The position numbers and the translations under genes are program-made. Positions 37,290 to 48,871 of a stretch of 64,000 nucleotides of DNA are shown in pieces. Positions within the stretch are counted from its first letter, which is position 1, and each line of letters starts with the position of its first letter. Origin of the DNA: Cenococcum geophilum (lineage: Eukaryota). The notes under the pieces are model-generated. The model searched no databases. It was not told where the DNA came from and worked only from the letters and a program-made list of their open reading frames with translations. The stretch lies in NCBI GenBank assembly GCA_050273025.1, contig CP158636.1, positions 12,586,001-12,650,000 of the forward strand, read 5' to 3'.

Positions 37290-40200
37290 AACTATTACTC
37301 TACTACTGTAGAGTTACTAGGGGGCACCTGCTGCTCGCCCTCTTGCCTTCTATTACCATTTCCCTTATAACCCAGAACTAATTTAGCATATTTTAACTAA
37401 TAAGCTACTAGGTAACCGCCTTAAGGCCTTTTTATATTAAGAGCAGTGTATTATAGTTCTTTATACTAGCTGCTAAGAGCATTATTTCTTAATTAGTGCG
37501 TAGGGGGCATAGTAGTATTACGTGTTTTGGTGTCTGTCTTAGCTAGCCACATTTATATCTTAGGCTACCTACTAGGACACCCACCTAGTAAAGCCAATCT
37601 TTTAGTCCTATTATTCCTGTTCTTAAGAGTGTTGCTATTATATTTTCTGCCTTTATTAGGCCTTTTTGGAGCCCTTAGGTATTTACCCCCTATAGCGTTA
37701 ACTATGCTATAGCTTAGGTTTGTCTTACCTAAGTTAGCCTCTATACCTTTAACTCCCATTCACCTCTCTAGCGTTAGTCCAACCAGTATTGTATTATGGT
37801 AGATAGTTTCCTAGCATTCTTGCGTGTTTTACTTTAGCTCCTTTCTCTATCTTGCTGTTATCTTTGCTAACCTCTTACACGTCTCCCTTCCTCCTCTATA
37901 TAGGCCTAGGCCCTAAAGCAGCACTATTCTTTTTCTACTTTCTTTACCTATTTCTTTAATATCTCTTCCCTACTTTGGAGTTGTTGGTTTGTTCTCCTAT
38001 AGGGCACCCTAGGGTCCCTCTATAGTTTACTTAGGCGTGTCTTAATATACTTTATAATATTAGAGTTACGTTTATTTTACGTCCTTTATATTATAGCGGC
38101 TTTAATATATAACTATAGGGGGGGAATATTAGATTCCTTCTTAAGCAGTACTATAGCCGTTTACTTGTACCCGCCTGTAATACTCCAAAGATAGGCTATC
38201 TAGACCTTTTAAAGTGGTTTAAGGAGTAATTTAGGGGGGCCCTTCTTAGTTTCTCTAATGGCCTAAATACTAGATCTATATGTTATAGTTGGCCGAACGA
38301 CTGCTATATATAGTAGGCGTGACCTCTAGAAGCATAGACCCTATATAGAGTTAACAATCCTAGATAAAGCGATAAACTGTGCTTAGCCTTTACAGGCCGC
38401 TTGTGCCGTATATGCGCTCCACTAGAGCTTGCTGTCTACCTATACTCCTAATACCCTTAGGCCCTAAACTAGTTAACCCCTAAAGCCTTAGATGCGAATT
38501 ATATGCTAGAGATCTGCAAATTGGTTGCGTTTTCTTATAAAATGGATTAGCTAGTATTTCTCTGGTAAGAATTGGACTCTATAACGTTTTGCCCATTCTA
38601 TATAAGTATTATAGGCTTTCTCTAGTGTTCTGCAATTCTCTACGGCTGTTGGCCCGTATATAATTAGGTTTATATCGTTAATAAAGCCTATCCCCTAGGT
38701 CGCCCCTTCCTTAAAGGAGTTAAGTAGGTTACTTATAAAGAAAAGGAAGAGTATAGGCGAGAGGGGTAATCCTTATAGTATTCCTATTGTAACTATAATA
38801 GGGGGGCTCTAGTATCCGCTAAAGACTAGTAATGTTTCTTTCTAGCCTGTAAACCCTTAGACAAATTGTATAATCTATTCTAGAAAGCCCTTTGCCCTAA
38901 GGATATACAGAAGACGCTTATGGGGTATATTGTTGTAGGCACTACTAATATTTAGGCTAAGTATTAATACTACGAAGTCCTTTCGCATCGCCTATATAGA
39001 TTTAATAGTGGTAGCAAGTAGCGTAAGTGCTAATAGTGTTGAGCGGTTCTTTCTTACCCCTATTTAGCTTTGTGGTAGTAAGGCGTATTCCTCTACCGTG
39101 TCTGCTATGCGTTCCGCTATTACCTTTTCTAAGATCTTGCTAAGGGTGTTTTCTAAGGCAATAGGGCGGTAGCTTTTTGGGATTAAGTAATCTGCTTTAC
39201 CTTCTTTTCGTAGGACAACCGTTATTATAGATCTTCTAAGTTATGGGTAGTAGCCTATAGCAAAGTATACTCTGGCTACATCTGCAAGCCAAGGTGCTAT
39301 AAGTAGCCTATAGGTTTTTAGGGCCTTATTTAGAATCCTATCTAGTCCTAGTGCTATATTGTTTAAAAGGCGGCTAATAGTTCTAGCCATTTCCTTTATT
39401 GTTATGTCGCTGTCGACCCGCAGGCAAGTCACCGGTATTTCGCCCGTAATATTACTAAGGTTTACTAGAGCCGGTTAGGGGAAGAACCTTTCTATAAGGA
39501 TCTTTACCTTCTTATTATTATTGTTTATAGCCTATAATTCTCCTGCTCTTTGTAGGGGTGGTAGGTATAGGTCTTCTACTAGGCGCCCTGCCTTTTTCTT
39601 TACCCATTTTGCTATAGCCTAAAGGCCCTTATTATAGGGGAGGCTCGGGTTAAAAGTATGCTCATTTATAAACCGTCTCTAGTTATTCCTTACTTCTTTT
39701 TTTAGGGTATTCTTTAGCTAGTTTCTTATGTCTTTATATCGTCTCTTGTCTTTAGGGTTATAGCTACTTATATATTTCCTTCTTGCTTATCGTTGGCTAG
39801 CAACTAGAACTATATATTATATAGACCATACGTATCGCGTATAAGGGCCCGGTTTTAAGATCGGGCAGTGCTCTTTTAGCCCATTTTTAATCGCTACCTA
39901 GATCCTTTCTAGTCTTCGGTCGATTTCCTCGGGGGTGGCCAATAAGCCTCGCTTATTTGGTATTGGGTGGATTTCTTCTAGGTTTTAGAGTTGTTATTTA
40001 ACTATATTAAGGAAACTGTCTGTCTTAAGCTTCCTTATTGCGTATCTTTTTCTATTTAGTTACACTTTAGTATCTAGGTCTAGCTATATCTGGATAGGGA
40101 TATAGTCTAGGGTAAGTGCCCATTCTTCTTCGGGGTTACACCTTTTAAGTCTCTAGTATAGGCCTTTATCCATAAATGTGAGGTCAATTATACTTTTAGC

Positions 40201-40650
40201 GGTGCCTCGTTGCCATATAATTGCTCCTAGGGGGGTAGCTAGCTTAAGGCCCTAGATATCTATAGCTCTTAGTAGGCACTCTAACTGTTAATCTACAGCA
40301 ATATAGATACCCCCCTACCGCGGGTGGTAGAGGTTTATATCTCCTAGTAGGATAGACTCTATACCTTCAGTTTCTAATAAGCTTATTACCGATATAATAT
40401 TCTCTATTTATAGGACCCCTTTAACCCTAGGGTTATACATATTAATAATTTATACCAGTCCCCTATATGTTTAGATTGTTATAACTGCAATATCTAGGTT
40501 AACTGCCTGCTATAACCATAAGGACAGGCTAATAGCCTTGCTGATTATAAAGCACACGCATATAGCTGCTTTTGGTTCGTATAGGTAGGTAGTTATATAT
40601 TAGCTAGTAATATAGTAGAGTTTAATATACCTACTTATCCAGGCCTCTAC
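37290..40650 (-). pseudogene. LINE ORF2 (AP endonuclease, RT, C-terminal Cys/His motif), RIP-inactivated
   Basis: EN fragments EAWIS, IINMYNP and SIIDLTF; RT ALGLDRILN (ORF 39241..39432), SYRPIALENTLSKI and GIL*GLPLSPILFLF; C-terminal ATLLRTGIIGL...CG..RQTPKHVILLCP. Confidence 0.9.
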
Positions 40651-41519
40651 CCCAGTTTTCTAGTGCTTTAGTCCTAAACTATAAGCAGTTAGCTGCCACT
40701 ACTAATTGCGGGGAATTTCACTAGTTCTTTTAGATATCTTATAACGGTATTACCCGAGTACCAGTCTACCCCCTAGTAGTCTATATAAGAGTTTCCTTCT
40801 AGAGTTAGTACGCTTTTGTATAGCTTAGGAGCCTTCTATAGCCTCTAGTTTTACGCTTTTTTTATTATTTCCGCCGGCGTGGGCATAAGCTGCTGTTTCT
40901 AGGGGTTATAACTTCTATTTTTACGCCTACTAACGTAATCCTACAGAGGCGTCGTAGCTGTATCCTACAATATAGTTGGGTATACCTTCTACGGACAAGG
41001 CCGAGCTACTGCCTCTCCTACCTAAATAACTCCTATTTGCTCCTTAAGTATATCTTACCGGCAAGCCGCCTTAAAGGCGAACGGTTCCGTCTATTGATAT
41101 ACCAATACGCGTATCCGTTCTCTTAAGCCACGTAGTAGTCTCTCCAGCTAGGGTGTAATTCTGCCTACCTACTAGGTGCACTAAAGGTCAAAGCCTAGTT
41201 AAGGGATGAGGTCCTTAGAGCCAGCAGTGGCTACTATATACTACGCCCTATAGGAAGCTAGTAGTAATATAGGGGCGCAACACCCTATATACTACTAGTT
41301 CCCGTTTCGCGTTACCTATAAGAGTCTCCTTATAACAGGCCGACCGTATCTTGTAGGAGGGGGGCTATAGAGACCAGGTCCCGCACCAGGCGACCTACTC
41401 TCCCCCCTCCTACTAACTAAGCTTATATCCCCCCTTTTTATAAGCTAGCCTATATCTCTAACTATTAAGTCCTCGTCCAACTAGCCTGTGTTTCCCCTAC
41501 AGCCTCCCCCATATATATA

Positions 41520-41960
41520 TATCAGGTTACGTACACCACGCCTATTAAGACCCTCCTATAAGTCGCCTTGTGCATATACGCATTAGGTTACGTGCACCAC
41601 GCCTATTAAGACCCTCCTATAAGTCGCCTATAAGTCAACCATAAGTTAACCATAAGTCGACTATAAGTCGAACGCCATAGGGCCGTCGAAGCTAGCCTGT
41701 GTTTCCGCTGCCTAGAGCTTTGCCCGTATTTCCACCTTATTAAGCCGTCTGGTCGCCATCTAGTCGCCATCGCGTTGCCGTCACATCGCCGGCGCGTCGC
41801 CGTTGTCCAGGTCGCGCGCACCACGCCTATTAAGACCCTCTTCTGAGTCACCTGGGTGTACCAGATATTAGATAGGCCCTCATAGAGGGGCCTTAACAAG
41901 TTCTCTAGGCAGGGCCTTAATAAGTTCTTTGCGGTAGCCTTGGGGCCTTAATAAGTTTTA
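41520..41960. repeat. Short direct repeats in the LINE head (3x CACCACGCCTATTAAGACCCTC; 3x GGGCCTTAAYAAGTT; 10-bp CYATAAGTYR units)
   Basis: Copies near 41533, 41596 and 41819, and near 41889, 41912 and 41943. Confidence 0.8.
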
Positions 41961-44144
41961 TACAAAGTATCTGCGACGCATTAACCTTAACAAGTTCTTA
42001 TAAAAAGAGGTTCCCTACGCCCTCGCCGTATCCTCTTAGTCTCAGAGCTAGTGTAAGCCTAAGGGTGTCCTGTCGTACGCCTAGGGCGCGTCTACGTCAA
42101 CTAGCTAAATAAGGCCAGTTTCGGGCCTGGCTGCGAGCCAGGTAGTCGTACGTCGGGCGGTCCAGCTATATAATATGCTTATTCTTATTAAAGTATTATT
42201 TACTATTAAGCTCCTATAGCAGAAGGTCTAATACTACCGCCTACGTCTTAGAAAAGCCCTTATCCTTCGTCTAATACTTATCTAAATTAATAGGTCCCTT
42301 TTTATCACCTTTTATATGCTAAAGCTAGTCTAATATATAGCCCTAATTGGCTATAGCCCACACTTTAAAGCCTTCTAGTGTTGGTTTACTTGGAATATTA
42401 ACTATTTTAAAAGCTTGGCTGGTAAATTAAATAATTATCTTATTAACGGCGAGGTGGGTTTTAGGCTTCTAATAGAGCCAAAAACGGTTATATAGGGTAT
42501 CGCTGAGTATAGCAATCTTATTAAAAGGAGACTCCTTCGTCTCGTCACTAGGAAGCTTTAGTGTTAATATATAAAGCTTTAAATTAATCTACTACCACTA
42601 ATCCTTACTTATATTCTCCCTTACTATAAAATAGTTAACTCCCTTTTTATGGGAGGTCGTCTAATATTCCTTAATGTCTTTTTCTGGTAATAGGCCTATA
42701 TAAATTGTCACTGCCAAGAATATAAGAAGCTCCCTTGGAGAGGTAGGCTTCCATTTTTAAGGCCTTGTAACCCTCCTACTTTTATCCTTATATTCTCGGT
42801 AGGGGTAAAGCCTTATATACTCGTTCGTATGTACGGTAAGCTCTTTAAGTAAGTCGTCCGTCTATATAAGCCTAAATAATGCAAGAGGATCGGTAGGATT
42901 AACGTGTGGTAGTAGATTTAGTGCGCTATCGGTATATAGAGAATTAATAGGAAACGGTGTAAAATTAGGCAGTGGCTAAGGCTCGGGTAGTGGAATTTTG
43001 GCTTTTTTATGCTTTAGAACAATATATTAATCAGGTTTAATAAGGTCTGCATTATTAGAAGTACGTTTACGGCCTATTATAGTAGTTTAATTAATATACA
43101 AAGCTATATAGATACTACGGCGGAGACGCGTATTAATGTTTTGGTGTTCGCGCACGGGCCTCTTTTGGAGTACGCCTTAACGGCGCATGGGATATATTTA
43201 AAGGACTATAGTCCCTACCTAGATAGTTCCTTCCTTATAGTAATTCTCAGAATATAATTGGAGTTAATCTGTTAGGCAACCACTCCACCAGTTATTATTA
43301 TCTTGTTAACCTCTATACTTGTATTTCTTACACACCTAGCCCAATAACGAGCCTACCATAGTTCTTGCTACAAGGTTCCGTTATAGCCTTCTTAATATTA
43401 GCTATAGTAATAGCGAAGATTGTATATTTGGGTCTTTTAGCAAGTTATACTAGCGAAGTAGCTCTAATTATATAGATATCTAGGGCGTTAAGTGGGCTTT
43501 AGTTATCTATAGTTTTTTATATAGTTTCTTACTTAATTTTAGGTTTGGTATTAGGTACGGAGTTAGTATTAGATTTAGGTTTATATTCTTTAAGTATCCT
43601 TTTTATAATAAAATACTAGTCCTTCTAATATCTTTATATAATAAGCTTAAGGTTCTACCTAGCTTTAGGCGGTATAGTACTTAGGATTAATTTATAGGGT
43701 TTAGTAAGATTTTCCAATCCTTAATAAATATTAGTGGAAATCTTACGTTAGTAGAATTTAGCGGAATTCCTAGGTTAGTAGAATCTGGTAGATTTCTTAG
43801 GTATAGGGTAGATATTAGTAGAAATCTTAGGCTAATAAATTCTAGTAAATTTCTTAGATTTTAGTTTAGGATTAAGGTAGTACGTTATAGAGTATTCCTG
43901 CTTATAATATAGAGTAGTAAATAGAAGCTTAAGGTTATCCTAATTAATAACTACTTTATGCAGCTTTATTTAGGGCTGTTTAAGGATTATTAGGTAACCT
44001 AAGGTAGTAATAAAAAGCTTAATTAGTTTTTTGTGGTTTAGGTATTATAGTCTTAGGGCTACTACGTTAGTAATATAGCCTAAAATAGTGCGTTTGCTAT
44101 TAAATCTAAATATATTAATATACTAGTTAAGTGGTATTAGGTAA

Positions 44145-47100
44145 TATAAGGTAAGGATATGGATAGGGAGTCCAATAATAGAACAATAGGTGTATTGTAT
44201 AGACAGAGACGAATCCTTAAGGGAAAAGGAGGAGTCTAAGGTGCGAGGTAAGGGGTTTCTATAGGCATGTGCAGCGCACGTGCCTCACAGGCGAGTCGCC
44301 TGCGGGTCGCCTACACCTCGCAGCTATATAGCTATCTACTTAGGTTTCACCTAATAATGCCCTCCCCTTTAAAAAGGGTCGTCCCCAATCCTTTATATAC
44401 TTAGGCCTCAATAAAACCCTATAAAAACCTTAATAAGGAAAAAATTGGAAGGGAAAGAGCGTCCTAATTTTGCGCATAAAGAGACAGGTAGTACACTTGC
44501 GCGAAGATATTAAGGAACTTCGACCGCCGGTCGAAGTTATCTAATTAGTTAGATTTGGCTTACTAAGACTTCCCTGCATTTTACCAAGCCAATAGCGATT
44601 TTGCATACCTAGTATGGAAAATCCTAATTGGTCCGTTTAACAGGTAGAGCTAGTAGCTTAATGCTGTCGCCTGAATTTAGTAGATATAAAATATTCCAAA
44701 AGCTTGCTTGCGTAGGTAGGTCGCTAGTACCTCGCGGGTAGGTCATAGGTTACTTGTATGCAGCCAGATTTATAGACGGTAAGGCTGTATACCTATTAAA
44801 CCCGCCGCTAACCCTTACTTTAGCCTTGCGTTATACTAGCGTAGCGCCGTATATACTTCGCGGGTAGGTTATAGGTTACTTATATACAGCCAGATTAGGA
44901 CGGTAAGGCTGTATACCTATTAAATCCACCACTAACCCTTGCTTTAGCCTTACGCGTTATCTGTATAGTATATGCGTGGAATAGTGTATAAGTTGTCTAT
45001 ACAGGTCCCTACTAGCAGATCACTAGTAGGTCATAGACCCTGGTCAAAGGACCCTGGTCCTAAACGGGTGTAGGACAATATAAGTCGTCGGTATAGGTTA
45101 CTACTAGCAGGTTATTAGTAGGTCAAAGACCCTAGTTAAAGGACCTCGGTTATAAACGGACCTGTCCAGTATAAGTCATTAGTATAGATCACTACTAGTA
45201 GGTTACTAGCGGGTTATAGACCCCGGTTAAAGGACCCTAGTCTTAGATAGACCTATCACTTAACGTATAAACAGTTTGCAAAGGTGGTATAGAGTAATAG
45301 ACTAGGTCCAGGCCTAGGAAAGTACTTTTTAATTACTTTAGGGTCACCAGCGGTGCGCCGTAGCCTCGCCTGCGAGTCGCCTGCGAGTCGCCGGGTTGCG
45401 GTAGAGTGTGGCTTATATAGGATATTAATGAATTAAGCTTTACCCCATATATATACCGCAACTCTTACTATAAGCGTTAGCTTATTCCTCGATCCCTTAG
45501 GACGTCCTCTGCCTTTCTTTAATATAAGCTGTGTCTTAGTAGTAGTAGCGCTTGCCTTTCGCTTACGCTTTAGCTATAAGGCTAAATAGTAGTATACTAG
45601 CTTTGTGAAACGGTCTATAAGGATAAGGAGGTATCTTAGACTTAGGGAGATCCGTAATAGAGTTAAGTAAGTAATACTGCTAGGCTTATATAGGGGCCTT
45701 AAGGGCTACAGCTTACTATGAGGTGTATAGCGGTGCGATTTAAGTGTTAGCAGGTATTGTAGTACCTAGGTATTTGCGGAGGTCCTTAATAAGGCTAGAC
45801 CTTATTATACCTTAGGAGTCCTTAAGTGTTGCTAGCAGAAACTCGCCCCTAGGTAATTACGTATAGAGCGTGTAAAGGCGTCCCTTATACTCTATAGATG
45901 GACTAGTAACTTAAGGGTGTTCCGTAAGCCATTTCGGCTACGGTAGCTACTACTATTATTGCTATAGTACGAGACTCTGCGCGAAGTTAGTACTAGCGAG
46001 GTAACTTATAAGGTTGTCGTGGGGGACCATTGCCTAGGCCAAGGGTCTAGCGCCATTAGGTCGGTTGAAGTCTTAATAAGAATAGTAGGATACTCTAGTC
46101 CGCCGGCGCTAGGTTATTAGTGTAGTAGCACTAAGACCGCCCACAAGGTCCATAACCCGTAACTTTTATATAGCGTTAAGGGTTGATTTAGCACCCATTA
46201 TTGTATTAAGTACGTAGGCAGACTTTACCCTAGGGCGTATCTATCGCAATATGTACTATAATGCGTTCCCTTTCTCCCTATCTAGCGTTAGGTCGCGATA
46301 CGCCTGCGTAAGGTATACGTTTAGGGGTATACAGTATCCGAATCTTTAGGCTTATACGTAAGTTATCGGTGTAGGTTACTACTAGCGGGTCACCAGCGGG
46401 TCATAGACCCCGGTTAAAGGACCCTAGTTATAGACGGACCTATCTACCGATATACGTCGTTGGTATAGGTCACTACTAGTAGGTTACTAGTAGGTCAAAG
46501 GACCCCAGTTAAAGGACCCCGGTTACGGACGGACCTGTCTAGTATAAGTTATTAGTGTAGGTTACTACTAGTAGGTTACTAGTGGGTTAAAGGGCCCCGG
46601 TTAAAGGACCCCAGTTATGGACGGACCTGCTACCTAATAGTTAGGCATTATTTATAGCGGTTTGCCGCTAGTATTCTTTGCGATTACTGCCTATATTCTT
46701 CTTACGATGTATAGGCGTATCGCCAGCATCTAGGGGGTCCTCTGAGCTATCTAGCTATTAAGTAGTCTCCCCTAGAGCTTAGTTGGGAAAGCGTCGCCTT
46801 CCTAGGGTTCCGTTCTCTAAACCTGACCCTATAAAGCCTATGCTATAACCGCGCTTTGGGCACAAGGATCTGCTATTACTAGCTGCGCGGTCTTCCGCGA
46901 GCTTTATAGTGTTAAGCAATTGCTTTATACGGTGGATTTCTACAAAGAGGTCCTTAGCGGTTTTCACCCGTATAGCGAAGTTCTGGCGGAAGAGCTCTAC
47001 CTATAGGTAGGTTAGGAGATGTAAGAACTAAAAGTCTACCTGCTAATTAGGGTCGACAAAAGGGGTATATAAGAAGAGGTCCTTTAAGCTATGTATACGG

Positions 47101-48068
47101 GCTAAGAAGGTATTAAACTTCTAGTTTTCCTTTATTACAGTTATATAGTACGCAGTAGCATTTTTAAAGCGTCTTACTATAGGGTTCTTAATCTGGTCTT
47201 AAACTATAGTCTTAAGTTTATCCCATAGTAGAGGACCCTTATCTTTAGCGCCCAGGCGGCGATGCACTAGTTAGGCGACTGTCTTCTCTTTTACAAGACC
47301 TTTAATAGCCTAGCGCGTACGTCGCTCGCAGTTATAGTTAGCGTCGTTAATCTTAAATTAATTCTCGATTGCGGCAATCCATTGGTTAAACTTCTATTAA
47401 GTAGTGCCACCAATATTAGGCGGTGACTTCTTAACCAGGGCATTAAGATTTATTCGTCGTATACGTTTACTACACGACTTATACTCTTCACTAAAGGGGT
47501 AACGGAAGGTCAAATCGATAATGCTCTATAAGTTAGCTATTTTCTTAGCTAGCTCATCTAGCTCCTTTAGGTTAGTAGTATTTAGTGGGACGCTGGTAAC
47601 CTTGCTAAGCTCCTATTAAGCCTAGGTATATAAGTCAAACTAGTCTTTAGCGTTCGTAGATATCTAATCATCTTAAGATTTGGAAGGTCGCGTAGATTCT
47701 ACTAATATGCTTCTAGTACTAGATCCTAAGGCGTTCTGCAGTTATATTGCTAGCGTGTCGCCATTAAGTGTAGGCGTTAATCTTGTCTTCGGAGGCATTG
47801 TAGATTATAGAAAATTAAACCGGCTATCCTCCTAAAGGGATTGGTAAGGATTTAAATATAAGGTGAGAATGTGGATAGGGAGTCTAATAATAGAACAATA
47901 GGTGTATTGTATAGACAGAGACAAATCCTTAAGAAAAAAGGAGGAGTTTAAGGTGCGAGGTAAGGGGTTTCTATAGGCATGTATAGCGTACGTGCCTTAC
48001 AGGCGAGTCGCCTACGGGTCGCCTACACCTCACAGCTATATAGCTATCTACTTAGGTTTCACCTAATA
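44145..48068 (-). mobile_element. Non-autonomous, internally deleted and rearranged gypsy (relative of gypsy E); LTRs 44145-44356 and 47857-48068
   Basis: 212-bp LTRs; TSD GGTAA; gag (~47800-46660) aligns with 49148-50300; no RT or IN core. Confidence 0.9.
44987..46630. repeat. Two triplets of a ~90-bp repeat (~44987-45255 and ~46358-46630)
   Basis: Unit ...GGTTACTACTAGCRGGTYACYAGYRGGTCA..GACCCCGGTTAAAGGACCC...GGACCT. A single inverse copy lies in gypsy E at ~54697-54780. Confidence 0.85.
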
Positions 48069-48871
48069 GGTAAACCTATTATTTTATATAAAGATTTTAT
48101 TAATAAATTCTATACCGCTAGCTTCTGTATTAATTAGGACTTAAATATTAGCCTATTAACCTTTCTACTAAAGATAGTAGTTAACAGTTATACTATAATC
48201 CTAAAAGTTAGGGTTTATAATATCTAAGGCACTTAACGAGATCCTATAATATAGCTATTTTAAAGTACGACTTAACTCTAAAGCGTACCTTTTAGTAGTA
48301 AGTAGGAAGGAGTTCCTATAAAATATTAGTTATAGCTTTATCCTTATAAGTAGTGCTTACTAAATATAGAGCTAAAACTAAGTAAGGATTAAAACAATAA
48401 GCGGATTAATGTAGTAAATAGCTACTGGTATTAGCCGTTTATAAATTATATTAGGGTATAGGGACAGAGTAGTATTTTAAGATATAAGCCTTACTTTTAT
48501 ATTTAAAGCAAAGGCCTAGCTTAATGCGTTATTCTTATTTAGGGGACCCTAGTAGGGTATACTCTAGGGTTCTAAAGTTAATGTCTATAACTTTAGGGTG
48601 CTTAGGTTAAGAGGATAACTTAATAGGGGCTTATAGGGCTATTATATTGTATTAAGAAGCGGGCTTTAATATTAGACTATAAGGGTACTTTTAGTTCCTT
48701 ACTCGGCTGTATTACCTAGGAGCTTTAAGGGGTAGCTAAGGCCTAGCCGAAGGCTAGGCTTGGCACCTTCTTATAAGCACCTTAGGCTTATAGCCCTTTT
48801 CCTCCTTATCCGTTTATCTCTATATAAGGCTATTACCTACCCTTATTACTATATCGTCTTCTTCTATTAAC

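Larger units (their letters stand above)
37031..42160 (-). mobile_element. Tad-like LINE, 5'-truncated ORF2 fused to a ~1.5-kb unrelated head
   Basis: 16-bp TSD TCYAGCTATATAATAT (37015-37030, 42161-42176); (TTA)n 3' tail at 37031-37051. Confidence 0.9.
35965..43078 (-). pseudogene. piggyBac-family (DDE_Tnp_1_7-type) transposase, RIP-inactivated and split at 37031-42176
   Basis: PLALFRLI*TDDLL..LTVHTNEY; WKPTSPRELLIFLAVTIYIGL; NIPSKPTLEGFKVWAIAN*GY; HII*LDNLFISVKLL; C-terminal RTKFGCALCNIPL..GLC. Confidence 0.88.
35798..43191 (-). mobile_element. piggyBac-like DNA transposon (~2.25 kb net), interrupted by a LINE
   Basis: TIR CCYATGCGCCGTTAAG with adjacent GCGTACTC; flanked by AT on both sides; lies inside the gypsy C 3' LTR. 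Confidence 0.9.
28019..43385 (+). mobile_element. Chromoviral Ty3/gypsy (gypsy C); 5' LTR 28019-28444; 3' LTR split as 35565-35797 plus 43192-43385
   Basis: 426-bp LTR; TSD GCCTT (28014-28018, 43386-43390); polypurine tract at ~35547-35560. Confidence 0.93.

Noticed and set aside
44987..46630. ~90-bp repeats as a CRISPR or ncRNA array
   Set aside because: Whole units are repeated without unique spacers and derive from the gypsy E 3' UTR.
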